Source: Lytechinus pictus (Eukaryota). Taken from it: 64,000 nucleotides of DNA. Below the pieces are notes generated by a model that searched no databases, had not been told where the DNA came from, and saw only the letters and a program-made list of their open reading frames with translations. Below, piece after piece: positions 51,291-64,000 of this stretch (its first letter is position 1; every line of letters starts with the position of its first letter). The stretch is from the NCBI RefSeq assembly GCF_037042905.1, contig NC_087250.1:17920001-17984000 (forward strand), in the 5' to 3' direction. Position numbers and translations under genes: made by a program.

Positions 51291-51752
51291 TTTCATAAAA
51301 TGGTGTATAATCAAGCAGAAAATAACTATTTTTACTACGAGATTTCACGCAGTATGTTAGATATGCAAGTATACACGTCATTTAAAAGAAAATAATCATT
51401 CTTTAATCATTTTACACAAAGCTCCTATACTCTGTGCACTTAATTTCTATATTTTACATTGCAAAATTCAAGAAAATAACGAAACCACAAAAGTGCCAGA
51501 ATTTGATTGAATATCACAACTGCTGTAGTACTCATGAACGCAAACGAAAAAAAAAATGCATAAAATGCATTCTTGCAGGACTTAAGTACCTACATTATAA
51601 CTTATCACAAATGACTTATCATGACAAAACATTCAAAATAATGCAACAGAAATGGTATTTATAAATTATAGAATGTGGTTAGTCAGATTCTGAGAAACTT
51701 ATGCTATACAATTTTCTTAGATTTGGAAAGAGTAAACTGAAACATGATCTCG

Positions 51753-51757
51753 GTATA

Positions 51758-51814
<57 letters not shown>
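51753..51814. repeat. (TA)n microsatellite
   Basis: Seen directly. Confidence 0.95.
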
Positions 51815-51817
<3 letters not shown>

Positions 51818-53560
51818 AAACATTACGATTAGTAAGGAGTTGGCTATACAATTGCAGACCCTTCATGATAGATACTTGTATGCATATACAGTTCTAGAAA
51901 ATTCACTGACACTTCTATACATACAACATTGGTCAATGTATACTCATATTGTGTATAATAATTATTAATAGTTAAAGTGTTATCATGCAATCACTTTAAT
52001 TACACAGAATCACAGCAGTATCAGATCTGTTATTGCATCTATCGAGATAAAAAATAACCCTCTTTACAAAGAGACAAAGAGAAAACAAAAACAACAAAAC
52101 TCTAGCCTAAAGGAATAACTATTTCAGAAAATCATCAATATGGATAATGCACATCTATGTATAGAATGCCATCACGGGGAGAATAAGAAAATGTTGAAAA
52201 TATCTATCAAACGAACTGACTATATAGTAAGTAAAATTGAGATGTAAAACAGGATTGATTTGAACAATATGGTAATATCATTGGCGGATCCAGGGGGGGG
52301 GGAGGCACAGGGGGTACGCCCCCCCCCTTTGAGAAGCAAAATTAAAATTTGTAATGTAAAAATGCCATAAAAACAGAGGTGTGCCCCCTTTTTTGAAATT
52401 GAAGACTTTTTTTTTGCTTGTCAATTATTTTCAAGTACGAAATATCCTTTATTTGTGGTTTAAAACCTTTTTTTTTTTTTTGGGGGGGGGGCTTGTCAAA
52501 ATTTTCCTCCGAAAAATTTGCCCCCCCCCCTTTTGAAAAATCCTGGATAAGATGTACCACATCCTTTAGAGATACAATTTATTTTGTGTCATTTCAAAAT
52601 TAGTTCATTGTTAATTTCTTAATGTTTGTTCAAGTGTTTTATTGTATTATACAATTGTACAAGCAATTGATTTCCCTTTTACTGTTGTCATTTTTCTTTT
52701 TATGTTACGTTTCTTAATTTATACGCATTGTTAAGCTATGTTTGGCCCCCTGGTGATAAGCTCTATGCTTTTTAAGGGGCTCACATATTAATGATCAATG
52801 CTTGATTTAATTGTACACTTTGTGTTATGAAGATGGAATAAATGAAATGAATTAATGTTGTAATTCTAACATTGTAAGTACTAGGTTGGAGATTATGTCT
52901 GTCAAAGATAACAATTTTGGCACAGAAAATACTATTCAACATCATATTAAATATTATTTATACTTGCAGCTACATGTATAAAATAATTCACTCACAGCCT
53001 TTGCCAACCACAAGCGAGCTATTTAATGAAGATTCATGTTGGATCTGCTATAACACTTTATAGAATATGTCATGAACATCGACGTATCACCAGCATGGAC
53101 CCTTTCTAATACACCTACATGATTATCTGTATCATGTGGTAATTGAAATTTGTATTTCCTTTTAATCCGAAAGTCACATATTCCTTAATTATTGAAGAAT
53201 GGTTTATGTGCCTTTAATATGAATAATCTATATTACACAGAGTAATACAAACTAAATAGAGTTCCTTAAACGTTGCAAGAACAAGAACATTTAATTATGC
53301 CATTACTGTCATGCACATTTTACAAAGCTAAAAATACGCTCCCCTGTATGCTTTAATAGTACAGAGTGAGCATAACTTTCATTTTACTGGAAAAGATCAC
53401 CAAAGGCGCTCCTTTAACAGTCTTGAAAATACGTAACTGACATGCAGTAACGAGACAAACTGAATTAAAGTGTTTACAAAACCTTCCCCTCCAGTTCCTG
53501 CTTTAGAAGACATGGAAGATTCGTAAGAACTTATTTGAGCCTATGAGGATCGACTACACT

Positions 53561-53849
53561 CTAAGTGTCGTGAAATATGAATTCAGCTTCATGCCTTAAC
53601 CCAACGGCCTCTAAAGCAAGTCGAAGTTGCCTAACCTGTTCACTAGGTCTGACACACTTTCTCCAGTCTTGAAGCATCTCTTTAAGACCTGACCTTGAGA
53701 CATTTCTGGCCGAGGAGTCTGCTCTGACGAGGTATTTCTCCATTGATGAGTAGGAGAAACCGAGCTGGTAGCCAAGCTCACTTGCTTCTTTTATTCCACA
53801 GACTAAATCAATCAATACCTCTACCATGCTATTCGATAATGGGCCTCTT
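53561..53849 (-). CDS. Paralog B: terminal death domain exon
   Basis: ASELGYQLGFSYSSMEKY..LKEMLQDWRK..QLRLALEAVGLRHEAE then stop. Confidence 0.85.
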
Positions 53850-56800
53850 CTAAAATAAGGAGTAATGAATGTGGATGAAACAAATTAATGAGAAAGCTCA
53901 CACTGTCCGAGTTAAAACAGATACATAGAAAACTCATCATTTTTTTTATCGTCTTTGATTTCAAGGCCAAATATCATAAATTCAATGAAAGTGCAGGTCA
54001 ACCGACAGCAATGCCATTCGTAAAGTTCCAATATTTTCTTCCTAAAATGATGAAATCCAAGGAAAAAAGGGAAAATCGCCAACACAGATAAATAGGCACA
54101 TGTTGAACACAATTCGTAATTTTCCATTTTGCACATAATTATGTTTCATCTATCTGTAGTAATTTATATTTGTACAAACTCTTTCTCGTCATCACAACCT
54201 GAATTTATTTTTTATTTAAACGATCTGCATGGTATAAAATCCATCCACAAAGTTGGAGCTACTCGTAATTGAAATACTGACGAAATTTACCACCCAATTC
54301 TAAAAAAAGTAATCATAAAATCAATGGTACAAAATTACAATCGATATTTCATGGAATCTGTTCATATTCCCCTTTTCAGCAACTTTGCATGTTGTACCAA
54401 CATCATTTTGCGTATAATTTTACCTAGTAAGAAAGAAAACAAAAACACTGACGTAATCACTTAATAGCATTTGTTAAATGTCATATTTTTGAAATTTAAA
54501 TAGCGATTTTTAAAAAGTCATTATTAAAAAGAAACATTTATAAAGGTGATTAATTTGTCGCTATTTTATTTCTTTTTAATGGCAGCATTTTAAACTATTT
54601 TTGTTGTTGTTTAATACTTGGTAAAGTTCAGACCTCATTTGTGTTGAAAGTTTGACATTGTCTTACCTTTGTACTTTTTCGTAGTCAGGTTCCACTGTTT
54701 AAAAATAAAAATAAAAACGTATTTCTGTAATTTCTCCACGAGCTTGATAATTCATCATAAAATATTTATTTTCTCCATGTATATTTCGAGTTTTTTGTCA
54801 TTATTAGCATTTTTTACGTGATACCATGCAAATAGAATGAAATCAATATGATTGTTTGAGTAACCCTATATTCAAAGTACAATAAGAACTTCTTTTTTCG
54901 GAATACATACATGTATATAATGACTATAATTATGTTCGATGGTCTCTTTATTGTAAAATAACCTGTCTTCATTAAGATATATTTTTACACATACCTTCTT
55001 TAGAGATATTGATTTCTTGTTCTGCAAGTGTGGCCGGGCCTTGCTCAATGCAAACGCGAACATGCTTATCATCGGTTGAGGGTGGTAGATTGATATCTAT
55101 AGTATTACAACATCCAGATAGTAAGGAACGCACATGAACCTTTTTGAAGAAATAGATTAATAACGGAACCTGAGTTAAAGTCATGAATTAGTCTGATAAA
55201 ACTTATTTGTAACATTAATCTTCTACTATTCGACTTAGAAGAACATTTCATCAGGCCTTCTTAATTCTTTTTAGAGCATGGTATTAACCTCCTTTTAGGA
55301 AGAATGTAGCTCATTTGATAAGATTTGATATTTTAAACAGCAAATTCCAGGGTGCATAGCAAATAAATATTACTGTCTAATGAAATGAACAGATTTTGGT
55401 AAATATGCTTCACATTTATTTCCAATAAAGTATATATTTGCCACTTTAACTAAAAGGGTGTGACAGAAAAGACAACGTTTTTAGATGCGTACAGTTTCTC
55501 GAATTCTCTCCGGGCCAGTAAGACACGAAATCTTGATGTCATCTTCAGCAGATTTCAGATTGAATTTGATTGCCGTCGCGCCTTGGTAGACTGGTTCCGA
55601 TAAGGTGTATTCCTGTCCTCTTACACTCTAGAAACAAACATAGTTGAAATCTAGATAACATGTGATTCTCCGTTTGGATAAAAGGTATGGTAATTCTTTC
55701 TCAAGTAACACTCATAAAACACACACATATAAGTATTATACACACATATGTTGCTGCTGCGCGATCAAAATGCCAGGTAATCGAGATAATCTTTTGTAGA
55801 TGCGACAAGTTTTTCTTATATGATTTGATTAAAAGGTAAGAATTTCCTCTCGTGTAATTGTTGTTCATGCATTGAATATGATTTTTTTATAATAAACGTA
55901 GGGCCTGTACATACTGTAGAGTCTGTGTTGCAAGGATGGGTTATGTAAATTCGCAGAGTGTGATGTGAGGAGTTGCTGATGAAAAGAGGATGTGATACTT
56001 GACAGATGAATTGAACCCCATTGATGTCGTTTGAAGACAAAGCGAAGTATTGAAGATGACGTGTTGAGAAGGTAATCTTGTCTTCTGAGATCTCAAAATC
56101 TCTTGTCGATTCAGGAAGCAAAGTCCTGTACCCATATTCTCCTAGAATATGCAACGATAGACGAGAAAAATACTTCGTGTTAAAGCCAGTTTATCGCGTT
56201 GACAGCCATGTTAAGTAATAAAAATGACTTATGTTATTGACCTGATATACATTATGAGTCATACATTTAATATGTTAACTTGCTATACATTCAACCATAC
56301 CATAAAACATTACTGTATTTTCATGTTTTATTTCTGGTGCACAAATGAAAAGCAAAAAGGCGACTGAATATGAATTTGAAAAGTTACACACCGACTGCCC
56401 AAATTTGACATCACACAATACAAGCAATTCCGATCACAAAAGCGTATACTACATAAACATTACCTGGTTCTATTTTGCTGTAAAGCTTCACACGCAAGTC
56501 TTGCTTCTTCTGCTGGTATCGATCTGAAGCAATGTAGTGTGGAAGCACTATAGTAGCAGGTTTGAGAAGATGATGGTTGAAGGAACATCGGATGGGTGGT
56601 GTTATAAGAACCTCCTGAGGATCCAGAGGAAACTTAGATGGACTTCGACTGAGGATAGTGAGAGTAACGACTGATCTCATTCCTTTGGGGATTGCTCCTG
56701 ATGGAATAGATACCCGGATATCAGGTTCGTCTAGCTTCAGGTCTCCACCATCATGATCAATGATGCCATGTGTGAAAGGATCCAGGAAACCTGGGTGGTT

Positions 56801-59800
56801 TGGTATTGCTGTTATAGTGAAGTAGAACATTTCGGGTCAGCAAGCAGATATGCAGATATTGCGGATTTTTCAAGAGCCGATTTTTGAATGTGTTACATTT
56901 GATTATTAAAACTGAAAATAACGTGATTGAGATAAAATGAGACATCAATCAATATGCTGTCTCTTAATTGAATTACAATAGTCTTATAATAACATGTGGC
57001 ACTTTTCCTAATGGTAAAATGTCCATTCAAGAAATAAACATGGATGAAGACAAATGTTGCCTTTGATTTCGACATTTTCGAATTTTATAGTTGAGTGCAC
57101 AGGTATGAATAACGAACAAAAAATATTGTGCGTCTTTGCTACAAAAAGTATACTTATGATTTTTAAAATACACTTTTGATTTTAATATTTTCGTCCCATG
57201 ACTGCTTAAACCTACCTCGGGCTATGTGATCTGCAGCATCGTTGAAATCAAAAGCTTGAACCATTTCAAGCAACCTCAGCCTTGTTCCTCCTTGCTTGGC
57301 CCATTTCTGAAGCATTTGTAGTACCATCCGACGTATCGAGGCAGGTTCAAAGGTCAAAGATGAAGCCATCACCTGAAGAATTTCAGAAGCTGGCAGATCC
57401 AACCTTTGAGAGAGGTCGATGAGGTCTGGAGTAGTCCGAATTTTGGCACAGATTTCACCAATACCTTTTTTATAGGGAACATAATGACATTGTAAGTTCA
57501 TAGTGAATGACGACTCCTGTTTCCATTTTGCCGAAATATACAGATTTACCATTACATTAAAAAATATATATATTTTGGCTAGTTGTCTATTCCATCCAAC
57601 TTTAAAAAAAAAACGTGTTAAAAGCTATACCAAAAGCGAGTTTAATAAAATTCAAGCTGTGATCAAACCTGGTTGAGCGTCTTCGATGTTGTATCCTTGA
57701 AGAAGCGTATACACCTTCTCTTCCTTCTCCTGTCTTCCTAGACGTCTACACCACTGATGAAGGAGTTGCCATGCTAGTCTCTCCATTAATGCAGGGTCGC
57801 GAGGAGCAATGAGAACTATGATGTCATTAACGTCCAAACAAAGGGCTTTAGCTAGTTCTAAGGCCAACGTGACATTCGCCACCGGACGAACGACGCTACA
57901 CAGTTCTGAATTACTTGGTGAACCTCCATACCCGTCGATGTCGACAATAGTTTCATCTTTGTCTACGATTTAATAATATTTGTTTGGGTGAATGTTATTA
58001 GAAATTTCAATAAAGATCCGACAGTACTATATTGATACAACGTGGTGCAATTTTTGTATCTTGGTTTTGGTGCTATCGAAAACGCGTCTGATACATACAG
58101 TGCGTCCCACAAAAAACGAAACCGAGATTTATCGATGATTTATCATAACTTATTCACAAATACAATAGACAAATTAACTACCATTGTAAAGCTTAGGATC
58201 TCCTTTTTAATCTGAAATTACTTAGATTATTTTTCATTCACGCATGAGTGAGCAAAAACAATTTCAAGAGGGGATACCAAAAAGTCATTTGGCGGGCTGT
58301 ATCTGGGTTTCAAAATCAAAACCACATTTTAAAAAAGTTCAATATCCGCTCTTTAATTTGATACCTCAATTACAGAAAATGGTCAAGAAATAACAAAGTT
58401 CTGGTTATTTGAAATAAGGCTTGAATTTCAATAATTTCATAAAATTAAGAGGTTCTACATGCTAGCGTTCAAACTCACTTGACACTCCCGTTTTGTTGAC
58501 GATCAGCCATGCATTAAGTCTTTTGTTAACCATGCGATAGCTTCTGTTGGAAACGGGTGAAAACACGTTTGTTAAATGAAATTATGGAAATACAAGCATT
58601 GTTTCGAGGGATCATAACTTTCTTACTTCTTGACCATTTTTTGTGATTAAGGTATCAAATAAAAGAGCAGATATTGAACTTTTTAGGCATGTGATTTTCT
58701 TTTTGAAATTCAGATACCCCCCGCCAAATGAGTTTTTGGTATCCTTTCTTCAAATTGTTTTTGCTCACTCATGCGTGAATGAAAAATAATATAAGTAATT
58801 TCAGATGAAAGAGGATATTCTAAGCTTTACATTGGTAGGTCAATTGTCTATTGTATTTGTGATTAAGTTATGATAAATCATCGCTTAATCTCGGTTTCGT
58901 TTTTTCTGGGACGCACTGTATATACTTTTTGATTCGTTACTATGGCTTCTTTCCTCTTTTTTGTATTAGCCCCTCCCCCCTCTCTCTCTCTCTCCACCCC
59001 TCTTCATCCATACCCTCGCTTATCATTCATTCCTACCTGACTCTGAGTATTCAATGATCTTCCAATCTTCATTCTCTTCATCTTCATCCTCATCTGGTTC
59101 TTGAGGTGATCGGTCAGAATTCACATCCGGATCAAGAGGGGTCACACCATCACTATTCTCATCATCTGCATGATATGATTTATAGCCAAAGGGTTTTGTT
59201 GCATTCTTTTAAATATTACCTGATAATAACCACTGAAAACTCACCGCTTGTGCCGTAAGAAAGTAATAGTTCGGTGTGTTTGCACAACCCCCCCCCCCCC
59301 ACTAAAGATTGAAATTTTTATTTATAACCCTCATTTTTGACGAGGCCAATTTCGACCAATTCTACCTCTTCTCAACAATTCCTGTCGACGAGAACGAAAT
59401 ATATGACAAGTTGACAACAATAGTAAAGCCCAGACCAACCTTCAAAGTTAAAAGAGCTTGACTTTCAATTATGATGCGTGTTATTTTTTTCTTTAAAGCA
59501 CCAAGCAACATTTAAATGTATAAATTAGGATGTGATTTTACTCATTATGCTGTAAAAAAGGGATCGTGTAATAAACCTTTTTACTTAAACATTCTAGTTT
59601 AGTAGTCGATTTCAGTTCACTAACGTATTAAAATGCGTTTAACTGAACTGAAATCAACTTCTGAACAAGAACTTGTCGCCACATTTTTCGTTTTGTGTGC
59701 ATTTCCTTTTCATTAAATGATTTTAGATACCATTCACGTCCGTCACTTTTGAAGCCTCATTTAAAGATTCCCAGACGGTCTTCAATTTCTCATCCGGTTT

Positions 59801-62800
59801 ATCTGATGATCTTTGCGATGCTTTCCACAACGAGAGCATTTGAATGTTAGCATCCTTTCTATTGTACAGGGATCGATGCTCGATGTGATGTAACTCTAGA
59901 TCGTCAAATCCCAGCTGCCTGCCAATCTCATAGAATTTATCTTTGTTAATGTGACGGGAAAATTCTAATAGCATGCAGTCAGGAATCTCTCTGTATCATT
60001 GGATTGAAATCATGAAATTCACTATCAGTAATTACCATCATGACATACATTAACTTATAATAAACAAAATTTTAAGAAAACCGACAAGTTTGCGTTAATA
60101 TAATTTAAAAGGCAAATTAATGTTTTAACTAATTTACTTTAATCTTCAGTGTTCTCAGTAGAGCAAAAATAGTAACATTTGTCTACAATAAAACGTATTG
60201 CATACTGAAGAAACTTACTTAGTCGGGTCAATATCTTGATGGACGTAGCCGAATCCGATGTGAGCGCAATGTTAAGAAAAGAGAAAAATATATTTATGGA
60301 AGAAAGACAAATCATTGATGAACTAAATTATTAGTACGCTGTCTAGATATTAGCAAGTATTTCGTTCCTCCTACAGAACTATACGATATTTAGATGCAAA
60401 CGAGATAAAGAATCTTGCAACTCAATTTGCATGTAATTATATCAGAGTTACTGTAGTCAATTATTACTCATCTCTACGGACGGTGAAAAACTAGACTAAA
60501 TCCATAGTTTAATCCACAAACCATAATCAAGAATAACGCTACTCAATTTGCATGTTATTATCAACTATTTTTTTGTGATAAAGGAAAAAGAAATTAATGC
60601 TTCAAAAATATGTACTGTTAAGAAATTGTCAGAAATTCGTACTCCCCATTATTTATAGCAATATTTCTGAGCTTTTACAAACGAAGATGCAATTATGCAA
60701 TCATGCAGCTGAAAGTAATTATTCTGACCTAATTCTAATCTATTTAGATACAACAGGTATTACAAAAACAAAGACTGAAACCAAAGTAAAATCAACAAAC
60801 ACTAAGTCAAACCTGGGAAACTTGTATCATATGAAGATGAGTTGAATGATTCTATAATTGTGATAAGAGTATTCTTTGCTGCTTGGTTAGATGCTTGTCT
60901 CCCTCTCCAAGTCATTAGCATGTCATAGGTAGCTTGCTGCCTATCTCTGAATCTCCTGTACTCTACCCGATCCAACTCGGCTATGGTGAAACCAAGAGCT
61001 ATGCCCAAATCATAAAACTGATTTACGTCCATTATCTTGGCTATTGTTAGGATGTCTATGTCCGACTGTAGGTCACTGTTCTTTACTTTGTCTAGTGTCC
61101 TAGAAGATAGATTGAAATAAAAAAGGCATGGCTGAAATCTCAAAGAACTGTTGTTCAGTATTACTGAATCTAAATTACTCCATTTAAAACCGTTTTCCTT
61201 CGTATATCACATATACATCCATGGCCTGGCAATGTAATTTTAAAAGCCTTCGTTGAAACGTTGCAGTTTTGAGAACCTGACTGAAAGTTCACGATCATAA
61301 TTATTATTGATGTCTTCATCCTCCTATCGAGTCAACAAGCATATTACCTGAAATGAAATAAATCTATTTTCTAAACAAATAGTTGAGCTTCCTCGAAAAA
61401 GAAAAACATGTTAACCGATGGAAACTTACCTAGTGAGTTCTGTCTGTTCGGACGGAAATTGGCACACAGGCCCATCTAACACAGAGAGAAAATGAAGAGA
61501 CATAAAACGAACATTCCACTGTGTATTCTGTTTACAATGATAATACTTCTCTTTCTTTCATAGTTTGAAAATTACCCTCGGCATTAAGAGATCATATAAA
61601 CTATGCTTATGCTGTCAGCGATAGCGTCAATGGATGAATATGTACACCTTGTTATGATAAATTGTTTAATACCGTTCATTTAGTTCATGGAGCTGAGTGG
61701 GTAATTCTTGAATCCATCGTCTTATCCAAGTCTTTGGTGATTAAAATAAGAAACATTTTATCATTGCATTATCAAACATGAAATTCTACCTGTATATCTG
61801 ATGACAAAGGCAATAGATCGTGATATCCCAAGCTTCCCAGCCTGTGTAATTGTTATGGTAATCACTGCAAAGTTCAGATCGCCTTCACTGGGTGGAACGT
61901 ATATCGATATACATTGGCTTATCTTGGCTAGAAGGTCCCTAAGAGAAACGATCTGTTGGGAAAAAGTACAGCAGCAGAATAGAAATGCATAAACCGCCAA
62001 GAGGCTGTGCCGTTTCAGCAGGCCTCAGATCCACCAACAAAGAGGTATTATTTAAATCCGGGGGGGGGGGGGGCTTAGATTTAGTTAGGACGGGGGTGTG
62101 CGGCTGAAGGTTTAAAACCCATACACATATTACGTGTCATTTGGGGTAAAAGGGTTCCAATTATAAGGGATTTATTAAAATTTGACAAGATCTTTGCAAA
62201 AAAAAATCACCCAGAATTGGAGAGTATGGACCCATATTTAAGGCCAGTATCTAAAAATTGGGGCCATGAACCTATATTTAAGGCCAGTATAACAAAAATT
62301 GGGTCATTTTTAGGGATTTTCCAGCATATAACCAATGTTCAAGGATTTTTTTCTCTCCAAGAAAGTGGCCCATTCTAGCGACACATCGCCGTATGCCTTA
62401 TTTTGGGAGTACTTTAAATCGCTTTGGGATTAGTTTTATGATAACAAGGAGCCAGATTAATAAGAGCACTGTGTTTGTTTTACGATTATCAAATATGTTA
62501 TGAAGCTTAATTACCTGGCTTTCAATTTCTCCTCCCTCACGGTGGCACGTGATTGTGACGTCACCAGACTTTGTTTCAACATTGAAGGGGACCGAGCGAT
62601 GGCATCTGTGGTAAGATCGTTGTGTCGACTCCTCTTGTGTTGCCTACAAAGATGATTACGATTATATTCTATTTTAATTAATGAAAATGAGAAAAATATA
62701 AAAATCTATATTTCATAATTCTAAATACAAATCTGAAGTAGCAATACTCCGAAGACTGATTTTGCCTGCCCGATTGATCTTCCTAAATAAACGTGTTTTT

Positions 62801-63594
62801 ACCGGTTTCCCACAGAAGCTATCGCATAGTTAACAAGACTTAATGCATGGCTGATCGTCAACATGACGGAATGTCGAGTGAGTTTGAACGCTAGCCTCTA
62901 GAGGTGGAGAACTTCGCCGGCGAAACTGTTTCACGAGCGAAGTTCGCCGGTGAAAAGGCCAGTATGAAAGCAAACTGGAGAACTTCTCCTCTTTAATGAC
63001 GTCAGAGGTATTTTTTTTCTCTCCCGAAGTCCCCTGTACCGAGATTCCGCGCGCGATAGTTGCAAGCTCAGCTGAATGCTATGGCCAAGTAGATACCCTC
63101 GAACATTATTTTTTTATACTAACAATATTTATTAAAAAGTCATTTTTACATGTATAAAATGCGCTAAAATATAAAAACAAGGTGATATTGTTTGTTTTCC
63201 TCGAAATACTTCCAAAATATGTTGTACTAGTAATTAATTTTTCATATCTTTTTTTAATAAGGATCTTCATTTTTTTTGAGTTGTTTTGAATTGGCGAATA
63301 AGCGATAATTCTGAACTTATATGGAGCGACGATGTTTAATACTGACCGCTTCGTTTCCAGGTAGGTCGTTACACAACTGAAGAATAACTGCAAGCTCTTT
63401 TCCTCTTTCGATCCTGTCTGGGACGTATGGAGTACAAATAAGTTGCTGTCGGATCACCTGTTGTTCAAGAGGAATCAGAACCCACCACTCCGCACAGTGG
63501 GTAATGTACAGCTCAAGATGTTTCTTGTACAGTCTGCAGTATGGTGGTTTGTCTGGTGAGCTGGATGATTGCTTCCTTAGAGTTTTCGGTAGAT
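53561..63594 (-). CDS. Paralog B: 3' part of ankyrin / ZU5-UPA / death-domain gene (5' end beyond right edge)
   Basis: 16 phase-consistent exons: 63347-63594, 62515-62643, 61790-61952, 61430-61475, 60813-61099, 60219-60234, 59731-59990, 59037-59165, 57669-57962, 57216-57464, 56464-56808, 55915-56141, 55493-55627, 54995-55169 (or 55139), 54667-54694, 53561-53849 ending in TAG. Confidence 0.85.
54667..56141 (-). CDS. Paralog B: second ZU5 end and UPA-like exons
   Basis: Four open exons with canonical sites and matching phases (1-0, 0-0, 0-1, 1-2), the same phase series as the first UPA module. Confidence 0.72.
56464..56808 (-). CDS. Paralog B: second ZU5 domain exon
   Basis: GIIDHDGGDLKLDEPDIRVSIPSGAIPKG..LITPPIRC..LLKPATIVLPH is a clear ZU5 signature. 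Confidence 0.9.
57216..61099 (-). CDS. Paralog B: four death-domain exons plus linkers
   Basis: ORFs 60802..61143, 59723..59974, 57652..57882 and 57163..57552, each homologous to a copy A exon. Confidence 0.82.
58098..58918. mobile_element. Tc1/mariner-type MITE with long TIRs
   Basis: CAGTGCGTCCCA..TGGGACGCACTG ends, TA duplication, empty site in copy A at about 1268. Confidence 0.93.
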
Positions 63595-63780
63595 CTTGTT
63601 TTACCAATGCCGAAAAGAGAAAAGATCAATGGAATGCATTTTATCACGACTTTCAGAAAGTCATAATGGTTATTAACTGTATAATTATCAGAAACGGTAT
63701 TGTTAGTAACATAATTACTTGCTGAAGGAAGCTGATATATTGAATGATGATATTGCGGTGTTGATTTTTTTATAACAAAC

Positions 63781-64000
63781 ACGATGATGAGCCACAGGTT
63801 GATCTTGATGCCTATAAGAAACGACTTAGACCAAGGAATTCGCCCAATGTTTCTGTGTGCCCAGTTTGCTGGTGTGGAAGGGCGTTTGGCAGCATCAAGG
63901 GATTGCGTATCTATCAAGGTAGGATGAAGTGCACCTCAGTGGGGTCAGACTTCTCGCATGGGAGTTCCTCAACATTATTGCCGCAGGCAACGGCGGATCG
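63781..64000 (+). mobile_element. N-terminal part of a HERO/NeSL-like non-LTR retrotransposon (runs off edge)
   Basis: Homology to copy A ends here; open frame containing CWCGRAFGSIKGLRIYQGRMKC, like the CxCG..GLxIHQxRMxC zinc finger of RLE-type elements. Confidence 0.6.

Noticed and set aside
388..63594. Naming the genes ANK1-3, UNC5, PIDD1 or ANKRD
   Set aside because: Domains are shared but the architecture matches none; orthology cannot be shown from this window.
56825..63780. Duplication as an uncollapsed-haplotype assembly artefact
   Set aside because: Many substitutions and several copy-specific insertions favour true paralogs; not fully excluded in a highly heterozygous genome without read data.

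Overview
AT-rich, intron-containing eukaryotic DNA, most likely from an echinoderm (sea urchin-like; inferred from the style of the ankyrin repeats, SINEs and 2A-bearing LINE, not proven). The window holds parts of two tandem minus-strand paralogs about 56.7 kb apart; 1..7144 is homologous to 56825..63780. Copy A (388..23564, running off the left edge) supplies the 5' part and copy B (53561..63594, running off the right edge) the 3' part. Hand-splicing with consistent exon phases gives a composite protein of about 3,765 aa: ~78 ankyrin repeats (74 near-identical 99-bp units in one 7.57-kb exon, variable mainly at the binding surface) - ZU5 - UPA - DD - DD - acidic linker - DD - DD - ZU5 - UPA - DD. 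This is a candidate innate-immune or cell-death sensor family. Copy A has an early in-frame stop. The rest is dense with transposons: a decayed Mag-like Ty3/gypsy element with an odd 5' flank, an intact-ORF and a decayed L2/CR1-group LINE (the latter with a 2A StopGo peptide), RTE and HERO-like fragments, tRNA-derived SINEs, a 7SL-headed SINE-like element, a Penelope-like palindrome with a hammerhead-like core, and many MITEs. All calls are by eye; no searches were run.
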